From an uncultured bacterium (lineage in GTDB: Bacteria; RBG-13-66-14), in assembly GCA_964577465.1 (NCBI GenBank), contig CAZNZF010000004.1:834-64833 (forward strand): a stretch of 64,000 nucleotides of DNA, given 5' to 3'. The position numbers and the translations under genes are program-made. A model generated the notes under the pieces. That model was not told the origin of the DNA. It worked only from the letters and a program-made list of their open reading frames with translations, and searched no databases. Of the stretch, positions 48,572 through 58,202 are shown one piece after another (the stretch's first letter is position 1; the number at the start of each line of letters is the position of its first letter).

Positions 48572-49526
48572 ACCGGTTCCCCAGCAGCTTTTCCGCGGGG
48601 AGCTCCCGCCGCAGCACAATCCACAGGTTCCCCCCATCGCGCAGCGCGTCCGACGCGGCCTCGACGAATTTCACGATGAGGCTGAACGCATGCCCCGACC
48701 CGTTGTGGAAGGGCGGGTTGCAGAGGATGACGTCGTAGAGGCCGTCCAGCGTGTCGCCCGCCTCGGCGGCGCGGACCTCCGCATTATCGAATCCGGTAAG
48801 GGTGGCCTTCGCCGAGGTCAGGGCGAGGGCCGACGAGTCTACGGCAGTGACCCTGACCGCGCCTTTAACCGCCCCGTGCAGGGCGAGCACCCCGGTTCCG
48901 CAGCCCAGGTCGAGGACCCTCTTCCCCTCCCACCGCTCCGGGAGTTCTTCCAGCAAATGCTCCGTCCCCCCGTCCAGGGCGCGCCAGGCGAAGACGCCGG
49001 GGAGGGAATGCACCGCGCCCAGACCGGGGACCTCGTACGCGGGCCGGGGTTCCGTGTCGGGCGGCTCGCCCCCCATCGGTTCCGCGCAGCGCCACAGGCG
49101 GCAGTGGTAACGCGAGACGGCCTCGACCCGCCCGAAGCGCTCTTTGAGGTGCCTACCGTATCCCGCGATTCCGGCCCCCTTCTCCCCGACGACGAGAAGC
49201 GCCCCCTCCCGGTCCAGATGGTTCGCCGACCAGGCGATGCGCGCCCGGCCCCGTTCCCGGTCCCTATCCCCCCGGAGGGTGATGAGGTCGAACGGGCGGT
49301 CGGGCGGGAAACACGCGTGGAGGGCCGAACCGGGGGGCAGGGCGCGGACGGCGCCTAGAGCGTCCTCCACGACGGCGATCTCCCGGGATGGGCGTCCGAG
49401 GTCGGCCGTCAGCTCGACGGAGCCCAAATCCCAGGCCAGGGTTCTGACCCCGGATTCGCCCAGCTCTTCGATAAGGAGCTTCTCGGGGGGTGTCAGCACG
49501 TGTATCCTCCCGCGCCATCTTAGCAC
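48513..49526 (-). CDS. RsmC/RlmG-like rRNA (guanine-N2)-methyltransferase
   Basis: SAM-binding motif VLDLGCGTGVL and NPPFH N-methyltransferase motif. Tandem MTase-like N-terminal domain. Confidence 0.7.
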   Translation of the reverse strand: MLRWRGRIHVLTPPEKLLIEELGESGVRTLAWDLGSVELTADLGRPSREIAVVEDALGAVRALPPGSALHACFPPDRPFDLITLRGDRDRERGRARIAWSANHLDREGALLVVGEKGAGIAGYGRHLKERFGRVEAVSRYHCRLWRCAEPMGGEPPDTEPRPAYEVPGLGAVHSLPGVFAWRALDGGTEHLLEELPERWEGKRVLDLGCGTGVLALHGAVKGAVRVTAVDSSALALTSAKATLTGFDNAEVRAAEAGDTLDGLYDVILCNPPFHNGSGHAFSLIVKFVEAASDALRDGGNLWIVLRRELPAEKLLGNRFRDRTFAPSGGYLVCRAEK

Positions 49527-49642
49527 AGGGACGGGCTTGGAAGCTCTTGGGGGTTATGTTAGTATTTCCCCTGTTCGCTTTTTGGTGAGATTTATTTCAC
49601 GAGCACCGGTCTTCGGTGAAAACCTGAACCTTTGGAGTAGGG

Positions 49643-51430
49643 ATGAGTCCACGAATTTCGATGGATGAGCTGCACCCCTTCAAGGTGACCTACATCACCA
49701 ACCCGACCCAGGAGAAGCTCCGGCAGTTGACGCTGGAGCACACCCCGGCGGTGATGAAGACGGCCCACGGCAGCCTGAACAAGATTACATTCAACAAGGC
49801 CCGCAAAGCCCCGTACACCTACATCGTCGCCGTCGAGGCCGACGCCGGCCGCTACTCGGGGAAGACCATCGACCCCGATTCCGCCGTCTGCCTTATAGAC
49901 AGCGTCAGGAAGTACGTCGAGGAGAAGGGGACCCTGATCGATATACAGGGCTACGAGGGTCTCGGTCCGCGCGCCGTCGGCGTGCAGTGGCTCTACTCCC
50001 TGGACATCACCAACGTCGCCGCCATGCAGCAAATCCTCTCCTTCCCCCGGGAGATGGTGGAGACCGAGGAGCAGCTCTCCCGGCCCTTCGAGCCCACCCT
50101 GCGCCTGGTCATGACGCCGGGCCTTGAGGCGAAGGGGATGCCCGGCGGCCAGGCCATGGTCGTGGACCTGGACAACTGGACCACCTACGTCATCGGGGCG
50201 GACTACTTCGGCGAGAGCAAGAAGGGCGCCCTGCGCATGCTCAACGAGTACACCTACCAGCGCGGCGGCCTGACCCTCCACGCCGGGGCCAAGGCGGTGA
50301 CCATCGGCGGGAAGACCGTCACCATGGCAATCCTCGGTCTCTCCGGCACCGGGAAGACCACCACCACCTTCTCCAAGCAGGGCGAGCTGACCCAGCCCAT
50401 CCAGGACGACATGGTGACCCTGTGGCCCGGGGGCGAGATTTCCATTACCGAGAACGGCTGCTTCGCCAAGACCTACGGGTTGGCCGAGGAGTCCGAGCCG
50501 GTCATCTACGCCGGCACCACCGACCCCTCCGCCTGGACCGAGAACGTGTACGTGGACGAAAAGGGCGGGTTCGACTTCTCCAAGAGCCGGCTGACGGTGG
50601 AGGAGGTAAAGCGCTATCACGACATCCTCCTCGCCACCAAGGCCCCCGCGGGAAACGTGGAGAAGTTCATCCGGGGGGAGGTCAAAATCGACGACGTGGT
50701 GGACTCCTACGACACCCCCGCCGACGGCTGGGACTTCCTCGTCTGGACCCAGAACGGCCGCTCGATCATCCCGATGAAGGCGATAAAGAACGCGGCCGAC
50801 CTGTACAAGATCCCGCCCCTCAAGTACATGGGCATCCTCAACCGCGACGAGGGTCCAGACGCGGCCTACCCGGGCATCATCCGCTTCGTCAGCCCGGAAC
50901 AGGCCGGCGGATACTTCATGCTCGGCGAGACGACCAAGACCTCGGCGGCCGGCAAGGAGCGCGGCCGCACGCGCAGCCCCTTCACGCAGCCCTTCTTCCC
51001 CCAGCAGAACGGGCTCCAGCCGAAGCGCTTCGCCGAGCTGGTGGCCACGATGCCGGGCGTGGTCTGCTGGGCCATGAACACGGGCTGGGTCGGCGGCGAC
51101 GCCCTGGACGTCAAGGCGGGGAAGGCCCTGAAGGTGAAGATTCCCCACTCCTCCGCCATGCTCGAGGCCATGCTCATGGGGGGTGTTGTTTGGAAGAAGG
51201 ACCCCGACTTCGGCTACGAGATTGTGGACGTGGACGATTCCGCCAACGCGGCGCTCCTGGCCAAGGTGCCCGCGGAGATTCTGAACCCCGTGCTCTTCTT
51301 CTCCAAGGCCGGCCGGATGGACGAGTACCGGGCCTGGGTGGAGAAGATGCTGCAGGAGCGGCGCGAGTTTTTGGAGAAATACGCCGTGGACCCCGTCATC
51401 GTCCGCGCAGTCTGCGACGCCCGCAGCTAA
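49643..51430 (+). CDS. pckA: Phosphoenolpyruvate carboxykinase (ATP)
   Basis: Kinase-1a loop ..LGLSGTGKTTT... Length and overall similarity to ATP-dependent PEPCK. Confidence 0.9.
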   Translation: MSPRISMDELHPFKVTYITNPTQEKLRQLTLEHTPAVMKTAHGSLNKITFNKARKAPYTYIVAVEADAGRYSGKTIDPDSAVCLIDSVRKYVEEKGTLIDIQGYEGLGPRAVGVQWLYSLDITNVAAMQQILSFPREMVETEEQLSRPFEPTLRLVMTPGLEAKGMPGGQAMVVDLDNWTTYVIGADYFGESKKGALRMLNEYTYQRGGLTLHAGAKAVTIGGKTVTMAILGLSGTGKTTTTFSKQGELTQPIQDDMVTLWPGGEISITENGCFAKTYGLAEESEPVIYAGTTDPSAWTENVYVDEKGGFDFSKSRLTVEEVKRYHDILLATKAPAGNVEKFIRGEVKIDDVVDSYDTPADGWDFLVWTQNGRSIIPMKAIKNAADLYKIPPLKYMGILNRDEGPDAAYPGIIRFVSPEQAGGYFMLGETTKTSAAGKERGRTRSPFTQPFFPQQNGLQPKRFAELVATMPGVVCWAMNTGWVGGDALDVKAGKALKVKIPHSSAMLEAMLMGGVVWKKDPDFGYEIVDVDDSANAALLAKVPAEILNPVLFFSKAGRMDEYRAWVEKMLQERREFLEKYAVDPVIVRAVCDARS

Positions 51431-51447
51431 TTTGATGCATAATGAGA

Positions 51448-51497
51448 CAAAGGGGTTAACCGGGCGTAGCGAGCTATGCCCTTGGCAAAACCCCCTG
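51448..51497 (-). repeat. Composite family A arms + family B core, inverted orientation relative to the 29824 copy
   Basis: CAAAGGGGTTAACCGGGCGTAGCGAGCTATGCCCTTGGCAAAACCCCCTG. Confidence 0.7.
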
Positions 51498-51500
51498 CCT

Positions 51501-51535
51501 TCAGGCGGCCGTCCCCATGGACGGCCGTTTTATTG
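51501..51535 (+). terminator. Rho-independent terminator after pckA
   Basis: GGCGGCCGTCCccatGGACGGCCG followed by TTTTATT. Confidence 0.7.
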
Positions 51536-51656
51536 CCGGGAACCGGAGGCGGTCCGGCTGCGTTTCGATAGCGATACACCGGCCGGGAACGAAAGTCCCG
51601 GGGACGCCCCCGAGGGGAGTAAGGCGGGGCCTTGCGGAGATGGATTTGCACAACGC

Positions 51657-51692
51657 GTTGACTTTTGGGGGGTTCTTCTGTTATACTACGTG
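51657..51692 (+). promoter_or_regulatory. Sigma70-like promoter (TTGACT, 17-nt spacer, TATACT) heading a ~230-nt rng leader
   Basis: TTGACTtttggggggttcttctgtTATACT. The downstream leader contains a long polypyrimidine tract, CCTTTTTACCTTTTTCCCCTTTTTTCCCTTTTTTT. Confidence 0.55.
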
Positions 51693-51919
51693 TGTAAGTT
51701 AAACGGTTTAACCCTTTTTACCTTTTTCCCCTTTTTTCCCTTTTTTTGAACCGATTATGCAGGCCAACGACTCCAGAATAGTCGTACGCCCGAACCACCG
51801 GGGGTTCCGTCGTCTCGTCGTCGGAACCCCGCTTTTGTGCCCGCCGGGGCGCTCGGCTCCCCGACCGGTCAATGGACGGCCTGCCTCGGTTCGCTCAGCT
51901 TTAAAGCACGAGGTTTTGG

Positions 51920-53485
51920 TTGAAAAAAGAAATCTTGGTCAGCGTCTCCCCCCTCGAGACTCGGGTGGCTACGCTCGAGGACGAGGATTTGGTGGAGATA
52001 ATGACCGAATCCGCCGATGCTCGTCACATCGTCGGGAACATATACAAAGGACGTGTTAGCGAGGTTCTCCCCGGGCTCCAGGCGGCCTTCATCGACATCG
52101 GGCTCGACCGCAACGCCTTCCTCCACGCCGAAGATCTGGTCACCGACGCGCAGGACATCGGCGCCTTCCTGGACTCCGATTACGACAACCTGATCGACCA
52201 CCGGCGGGGCCGGCGGCGCGAGGTTCCGCCCATCGAGAAGCTCCTCTCCCGGAGCCAGGAGATTCTCGTCCAGATCACCAAGGAGCCCATCGGGAAGAAG
52301 GGTCCCCGGGCCACCGCCAACATCACCATCGCCGGACGCTACCTGGTGCTGATGCCCTACGCCGACCACGTGGGCGTCAGCCGTAAAATCGCCTCGGCCT
52401 CCGAGCGCAACCGCCTGCGCAAGCTGGTGAAGAACCTGCGCGCGGGCGACACCGGGTTCATCGTCCGCACCGTCGGCGAAGGCTCCTCCAAGACGGCCAT
52501 CCGCGCCGAGATGGGCTATCTGAACCGGCTCTCCCGGGAGATAGTCCGCAATGCGAAAAAAACCGAGGCACCGGCCCTGGTCTACGACGACCTGGGGCTG
52601 GTGTTTTCCATCATCCGCGACGTCCTGTCCGAAGAGGTGGACTCCCTCGTCATAGACGACCGGGAGCTCTACAACCGCATCCGGAACTTCGCCCGCCGCA
52701 CCGCCCCGAAGCTCTCCACCCGCATCGAGCTCTACTCGGGCCGCTACCCCCTCCTGGAGGCCTACGGCGTAGAGCGTGAGCTGGAACGCATGCTCCAGCG
52801 GCGGAATTGGCTCAAGTGCGGCGGCTACATCGTCATCGAGCAGACCGAGGCGCTGACGTCCATCGACGTCAACACCGGCAAGAACATCGGCAAAACGGAC
52901 CTGGAGCGGACGGTCTTCGAGACCAACCTGGAGGCGGCGGTGGAGATACCCCGCCAGCTCCGCCTCCGGGACATGGGCGGCATCATCATCATCGACTTCA
53001 TCGACATGGAGGTCCAGGGGCACCGCGACGAGGTGGTCAAGCGTCTCAGCCAGTCCCTGCAGAAGGACCGCTCCAAGACCCGGGTGCGGCGGATGAGCGA
53101 CCTGGGCCTGGTCGAGATGACCCGGAAACGGGTCCGGCGCAGCGTAACGGCCCAGATGACCGGCCGATGCCCCTGTTGCGGCGGCACCGGGCTCGTGCTG
53201 TCCGACACGTCCCTGGCCCTGCACGTGGAGAACACCCTCCGGCGGGCGCTCTGCCAGGCCGGGGAATCCACCGTCCAGCTCGTCTGCAACCCCAACGTCG
53301 TGCAGCTTCTCAAGACCCGATACCCCACCATCCTCGAGCGTCTGCAGCAGGAGTTCGGGCGGGAGATAGCCCTGCAGGCGAATCCGCTCCAGCCCTTCGA
53401 CGAGCTGACGGTCAAAGGGGTGGACGACGCGAAGAAACCGCGGCGGTCGCGGGGCAGGCGTCGGCATGTCCGGAAGAAGACCTGA
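51920..53485 (+). CDS. rng: Ribonuclease G (RNase E/G family)
   Basis: N-terminal S1 domain plus RNase E/G catalytic domain. 521 aa (RNase G size). Confidence 0.85.
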   Translation: MKKEILVSVSPLETRVATLEDEDLVEIMTESADARHIVGNIYKGRVSEVLPGLQAAFIDIGLDRNAFLHAEDLVTDAQDIGAFLDSDYDNLIDHRRGRRREVPPIEKLLSRSQEILVQITKEPIGKKGPRATANITIAGRYLVLMPYADHVGVSRKIASASERNRLRKLVKNLRAGDTGFIVRTVGEGSSKTAIRAEMGYLNRLSREIVRNAKKTEAPALVYDDLGLVFSIIRDVLSEEVDSLVIDDRELYNRIRNFARRTAPKLSTRIELYSGRYPLLEAYGVERELERMLQRRNWLKCGGYIVIEQTEALTSIDVNTGKNIGKTDLERTVFETNLEAAVEIPRQLRLRDMGGIIIIDFIDMEVQGHRDEVVKRLSQSLQKDRSKTRVRRMSDLGLVEMTRKRVRRSVTAQMTGRCPCCGGTGLVLSDTSLALHVENTLRRALCQAGESTVQLVCNPNVVQLLKTRYPTILERLQQEFGREIALQANPLQPFDELTVKGVDDAKKPRRSRGRRRHVRKKT

Positions 53486-53486
53486 C

Positions 53487-53931
53487 CGTGGGCCGTCCGC
53501 CGTCCGCCGGCGTCATCCGTCTGCGCCCCCATCACCTCTTGTGCCTTGTGGCCTTTCAGGGTGAGGGGTACTCGCCGGAATTCATCGAGAAGGCTCTGGG
53601 GCTCCAGCGTGCCCTCCTGGCCGACGACGCGGTAGTCGAGCTGGTCCGCGGTCCGGACGACCTGTGCGACGGCTGCCCGGAGATGAGCCGGGAGTGCGTT
53701 TCCCTCGCTCCGGATTCGGGCGTGGAAAAGCTCGACCGCGCCGCCTCCGCCCTTCTGGGTGTTACACCAGGGCGCCGCCGGGCGGCGGAACTGCTCCTGT
53801 CCATGAGGAAAACCTTCACCCCCGAGCGCGGGTACAAGGTCTGCGCCGGTTGTTCCTGGCTGCCCCGGATGGACTGCCCGCGGGTCATCGCAATCCGGCT
53901 GAAGGAGCTTTTCCCGAAACAAGGGGCTTGA
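53487..53931 (+). CDS. DUF1284-family Cys-rich protein
   Basis: ..IRLRPHHLLCLVAFQGEGYSPEFI.. matches the DUF1284 N-terminal signature. Conserved Cys pairs (CDGC, CAGC). Only a GTG start is available, 2 nt after the rng stop. Confidence 0.5.
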
Positions 53932-53939
53932 GCCCCTTG
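53920..53939. repeat. Palindrome family A copy (CAAGGGGCTTGAGCCCCTTG) overlapping the stop codon of the DUF1284 gene
   Basis: The last codons ..K Q G A * are encoded by the left arm and loop of the palindrome. Confidence 0.65.
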
Positions 53940-53955
53940 CCACGGCGGAGGATAC

Positions 53956-55746
53956 GTGCATAGACGCGGCGACGAGAGAGGGGTGGCGCTGGCCATGGCG
54001 TTGATCGTCCTGGCGGTGCTCTCGACCTTCGCCGCGCTCCTTCTGGCCCTGGCGAACTACGAGAACGTCTCCGCCGAGGACGCGCGCCTGGCCGTCCAGT
54101 GCGAGGCGCTGGCCGAGTCCGGCTGGAACCTGGTGTTCCGCGAGCTGGCCGCCACCCGCTTCGACGGCCGGTCCACCCACGCCCTGGGCGCCGACGGCCG
54201 GCTGGTCGTCAACGAGGACACCCCCCTCGTCCCCCAAATCACCAGCCCGCTCACCGGCGAGGTGGTGGCGGTCATCGACGGTCCCGGCAATACAGAAGGC
54301 CTCGACCGCAATCTCGACGACGGGGCCTACGTCTGGCGTTGGTATCCCGGGGCCGGCTGGAGCTCCCTTTCCAGCGCCGGCGTACCGGAGGAGCTCCGGG
54401 TCATCGCCTACTACAACGACCCCGACCGGTTGAGCTTCACCATCCAGGTCGAGGCCGTCCTCTACACCGCGGCGAATCCCATCACGAGGCGACTGCGGGT
54501 CACCGGGCGCACGCAGCCCCTCGAGCAGTACGTCCTCTTCTCGGCTTCGGAGCTCGCCCTGGCCGGCAGGGCGACCTGGTACGTGGACGGCGCGGTCCAC
54601 GCCAACGGCGACCTCTGCCTCATGCCCGAGGGGACCCAGGTGCGCCTGGACGGCCAGGAGGTCACCTCGGCGGCCAAGCTGCTGCGCCTGCGCGACCCCT
54701 GGGGGCGGGAGGCGCTCCTGGGGGACGTGCTGGTAATCGTCCCCGACGAGGAGGAGGAGTCGGGCTTCCGCGAGGAGGAGTGGTTCACCGACCCCCCCTT
54801 CGATTCGGAGCACGTGGCCCAGAACGAGGGCTACGCCTTTTACGACAACGACCCGACCAACGACGTCACCGGCTGCCAGGAGCTCTTCGCCGGGGCGGTG
54901 CGCGACGGCTTCATGGGAATAGGCAGCTTCCAGCCGCCGTTCCTGGCCGATATGGGCTACCTCCGGCCTCAGGCCGCCTACGCTATCTTCACCGACGGCG
55001 CCGTGGTCACCTGCCTCGACGCCGACGGGGTGTACTACGCCGAACCGCTGGTCGCGGTGGAGTGGTCGGTTTTCACGAACCCCGCCACGGGCGAGAACGC
55101 GGACCTGTTGGAGCTGGACCTGGCCAAGCTGGCCGACCCCAACGGCGACGGGGATTTGAAGGATTCGCTCTGGCCCGCCAACGGCATCCTCTACGTGGGC
55201 GGTGACTGCCGGCTCAAGGGTGCGCGCGCCCTGCCCGGCGACCTGGCCATCCTCTGCTCCGGTGACATCTACCTCCAGGGCGACGTCAACGTCGAGGCGC
55301 CCCGCCTGCTGGAGCTGGTCGCCCCCTTGGGCCGAATCTGGCTCCTGTCGGAGAACTGGAAAGACGAAAACGCGGCGCTCCCCGTCGAGCGGCGCATACC
55401 CAAAGCCCTGCGCGTGGTGGCGGTGCTGGTGGACGGACAGCCGGTGGTGTCCGAGGCCGGTTTCGCCGGCGGCGAGGGGACGGCTCCCCCGGCGGCCCTG
55501 CCACTCCTGGAAGCCTGGGGACCTGTGGCTGAGATAAACATCGAAGGCGCCTGGATTCACCTGCGCACGGCCGTCATGGCCACGCTCGGCTCGCCGCCCA
55601 AGGAGGGTCAAATCGCCTGGCTCACCGCCGAGGCCTACACCCCGCCGGTCATCCGGCTGACCTACGACCGGCGGCTGGAATCGCAGCGGCTGCCCTTCCC
55701 GCTCACCGGCGCTCGGGTGACCGCCTGGCAACGGGTGACGGAGTAA
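53956..55746 (+). CDS. PilX_N-domain protein (type IV pilus assembly PilX-like), orphan
   Basis: N-terminus RGVALAMALIVLAVLSTFAALLLALANYENVS...AVQCEALAESGWNLV matches the PilX N-terminal domain pattern. 596 aa. Confidence 0.55.
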   Translation: MHRRGDERGVALAMALIVLAVLSTFAALLLALANYENVSAEDARLAVQCEALAESGWNLVFRELAATRFDGRSTHALGADGRLVVNEDTPLVPQITSPLTGEVVAVIDGPGNTEGLDRNLDDGAYVWRWYPGAGWSSLSSAGVPEELRVIAYYNDPDRLSFTIQVEAVLYTAANPITRRLRVTGRTQPLEQYVLFSASELALAGRATWYVDGAVHANGDLCLMPEGTQVRLDGQEVTSAAKLLRLRDPWGREALLGDVLVIVPDEEEESGFREEEWFTDPPFDSEHVAQNEGYAFYDNDPTNDVTGCQELFAGAVRDGFMGIGSFQPPFLADMGYLRPQAAYAIFTDGAVVTCLDADGVYYAEPLVAVEWSVFTNPATGENADLLELDLAKLADPNGDGDLKDSLWPANGILYVGGDCRLKGARALPGDLAILCSGDIYLQGDVNVEAPRLLELVAPLGRIWLLSENWKDENAALPVERRIPKALRVVAVLVDGQPVVSEAGFAGGEGTAPPAALPLLEAWGPVAEINIEGAWIHLRTAVMATLGSPPKEGQIAWLTAEAYTPPVIRLTYDRRLESQRLPFPLTGARVTAWQRVTE

Positions 55747-55812
55747 TTATTTAGATAATGTTAAAAACTAATAAAATGAGATAGTTAACTCCGCGGATGT
55801 TTGAGGGGTAGC

Positions 55813-56790
55813 ATGGGCAAGACAGTGGTTATCTTCTTATTTTTCGCCGTCGTCGCCCTGCCCGCCGCCGCCGCGGAAATCACCGCTGTTGACCTGGGTG
55901 TCCCCGGTGTGGAAATAGCCGAAGGTGAGGAGGAGGCCGAGCTGTCGCCGGAGATGCGCGCCCAGCTCGAAGAGAGCGCGGACAGCTACTTCCGCATTGC
56001 TCTGGAGAACCTGAATACCCCGGACATCGCCGGTGTATACCCCGCAGTGCTCTTCAAGGCCGGGGAGTGCTATGAAAAGGTAGGTAACTGGACCAAAACC
56101 CAGGAAGCTTTCACCCTCTACGGCCAGAGGTATGGTGAGACGGGCGTTCCGGACCTGGTAGTGGATTCCTTCTACCGCGCCGGTCACGCTGCGTTGATGT
56201 TGGGCAAAGTGGAGGAGGGTCGCGAGCTTCTCTTAGAGTGTGTAGATGCGTATAAGGATTTCAACTCCAGGCCCGGCGTCGAGGTGAACTTCGATATCCC
56301 GGCCAAGGCCTATATAGAGTTAGGCGACCTGCTCTTCGATAACTACGCGGCGATCACCCTCGAGGGCGACCTGATGGACCTGGACCCCCTGGTGCAGACG
56401 GCGACGAAGAAGTACGGGCTGATGAACGAGCTGGCCGAGTTATACGGCCGTGCCGCCAGGGCCGCCGATACAGAGGTGAACTTCTCAGCCCGCTACAAGG
56501 CCGGATTGGTGTACGAGCTGTTCTACCGCACCGTCAGCCAGATGAAGCTCAGTTTCGCCACCCTGGACCAGCTCATGGAGGAGAACCCGGATGAAGCCGC
56601 CGAGCTCGAGGAAATCGTCATGGAGCAGCTGGCCGAGTTCCAGGCCCAGATGGACTCCTGGGCGGAGGAGAACGGGCTCAACAAAGCGATCCAGGTGTAC
56701 GAGTTCATTATCCGCAGCGCTGAGGAGCACGGCGAGACAAACCAGTGGGTGCTCAAGGCCAAGGAACGCCTGGCGGAAATCGTTCCGTAG
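55813..56790 (+). CDS. Secreted hypothetical protein (lower GC than neighbours)
   Basis: Signal peptide MGKTVVIFLFFAVVALPAAAA. Helical, possibly TPR-like. The ORF begins at 55801. Confidence 0.45.
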   Translation: MGKTVVIFLFFAVVALPAAAAEITAVDLGVPGVEIAEGEEEAELSPEMRAQLEESADSYFRIALENLNTPDIAGVYPAVLFKAGECYEKVGNWTKTQEAFTLYGQRYGETGVPDLVVDSFYRAGHAALMLGKVEEGRELLLECVDAYKDFNSRPGVEVNFDIPAKAYIELGDLLFDNYAAITLEGDLMDLDPLVQTATKKYGLMNELAELYGRAARAADTEVNFSARYKAGLVYELFYRTVSQMKLSFATLDQLMEENPDEAAELEEIVMEQLAEFQAQMDSWAEENGLNKAIQVYEFIIRSAEEHGETNQWVLKAKERLAEIVP

Positions 56791-56836
56791 GTCTACATGT
56801 TTTTTAACACCCCGCCTGGTGCCCGGTGGAGTAGAA

Positions 56837-56950
56837 ACCCCTCACCCGAGCCCGTAGGCGAGCCTCCCCCCAGAGGGCGATGGGATAAAAAGAACCCCCC
56901 TCCCCGGCCCGTAGGCGAGCCTCCCCCCAAGGGGGGGAGGGAGAACAAGG
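56837..56950 (+). repeat. Tandem ~56-bp direct repeat with G/C hairpins, immediately upstream of rph
   Basis: Two units sharing GCCCGTAGGCGAGCCTCCCCCCA. The second unit contains the perfect hairpin CCTCCCCCCaaGGGGGGGAGG. It ends at the rph RBS AAGGAG. Confidence 0.6.
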
Positions 56951-56956
56951 AGTAAA

Positions 56957-57676
56957 GTGTCCGCACGGTACGACAGCAGAAAGGCCGACGAGATGCGGCC
57001 CGTCAAGTTCACCCGCAACTACATCGAGCACGCCGAGGGCTCCGTCCTCGTCGAGTTCGGCGGCACCCGCGTGGTCTGCACGGCCACGGTGGAGCAGGGC
57101 GTCCCGACCTGGCTCAAGGGCGCGGGCAAGGGCTGGATAACCGCCGAGTACGCCATGCTCCCCCGCTCCACGGGCCAGCGGAGTAAGCGGGAGAGCTACG
57201 GCCGTCCCAGCGGGCGCTCCCTGGAAATCGGCCGTCTCATCGGGCGCAGCCTCCGGTCGGTCACCAGGCTCGAGAAACTCGGCGAGCGCACCGTCACCAT
57301 CGACTGCGACGTGCTCACCGCCGACGGCGGCACCCGCACCGCGGCGGTAACCGGCGGCTGGTTGGCCCTGCACGACGCTCTGGTCTGGCTCGGCGGCGGC
57401 GAGGAGACGGGCGCCCTGCCCATCGCCGACCACGTGGCCGCGGTGAGCGTGGGGGTCGTGGCCGGGGACGAGCTTCTGGACCTGTGCTACCGTGAGGACG
57501 TGGCCGCCGACGTGGACGCCAACATGGTGATGACCGGCGCCGGGAATTTAATCGAGGTCCAGGCCACCGCCGAGGGGAAGCCCTTCGACCGCGCCTGCCT
57601 CGACCGGCTTTTAAACCTGGCCACCAAGGGAATCAACGAGCTGGTGGCGCTCCAGCGCGAGGTCCTGCAAGGATAA
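56957..57676 (+). CDS. rph: Ribonuclease PH
   Basis: Near full-length similarity to RNase PH (..VKFTRNYIEHAEGSVLVEFGGTRVVCTA...TADGGTRTA..). Confidence 0.9.
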   Translation: MSARYDSRKADEMRPVKFTRNYIEHAEGSVLVEFGGTRVVCTATVEQGVPTWLKGAGKGWITAEYAMLPRSTGQRSKRESYGRPSGRSLEIGRLIGRSLRSVTRLEKLGERTVTIDCDVLTADGGTRTAAVTGGWLALHDALVWLGGGEETGALPIADHVAAVSVGVVAGDELLDLCYREDVAADVDANMVMTGAGNLIEVQATAEGKPFDRACLDRLLNLATKGINELVALQREVLQG

Positions 57677-57679
57677 CCG

Positions 57680-58159
57680 ATGCCGGATGCGGATAACGAG
57701 CTGTCCTGGTGGGTGTACCCCCCGGCGCTTTACCCCTGGCGAGCCCTGGCGGGGATCGCGGTCCTGAGCCTGGTGGTGATTTTCCTCATCTACTACGCCG
57801 GCGGCCCGGTGGTTGGAATCGTTGGCGGGGGTGTCATCTTCTTCGTCCTCAACGGGTTTTTCCTGCCCTCGAGTTATTCCCTCGACGAGGAGGGCGTGGT
57901 CTGGCGCCGGTTGTTTTTCCGCTTCAAGCGGCCCTGGAGCCACTTCCGCTGCTACTACGCCGACCGCTTCGGCGTGATGCTGACCCCGGGCAGCCGGCCG
58001 AGCCGGTTGGACCCCTGGCGCGGCATGAACCTGTGGTTCGGGCCGGTCGATGAAGAAAAAAATTCGAAAGGCACGAACCGGGACCGGGTGCTGGACTTCA
58101 TCAGACGGTACGTGAAGCCCTACCGTCCCCCGATGGACCACCGGGACGTTCTGGGTTGA
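57680..58159 (+). CDS. Membrane-anchored bacterial PH-like (bPH_2/DUF304-type) protein
   Basis: Two N-terminal TM helices followed by a ~90-aa soluble domain. Start 4 nt after the rph stop. Confidence 0.4.
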   Translation: MPDADNELSWWVYPPALYPWRALAGIAVLSLVVIFLIYYAGGPVVGIVGGGVIFFVLNGFFLPSSYSLDEEGVVWRRLFFRFKRPWSHFRCYYADRFGVMLTPGSRPSRLDPWRGMNLWFGPVDEEKNSKGTNRDRVLDFIRRYVKPYRPPMDHRDVLG

Positions 58160-58202
58160 TTTCCCCCGTTCCCCGTCGGAGCGGGATCGGAAAGAGTAGA
58201 AC

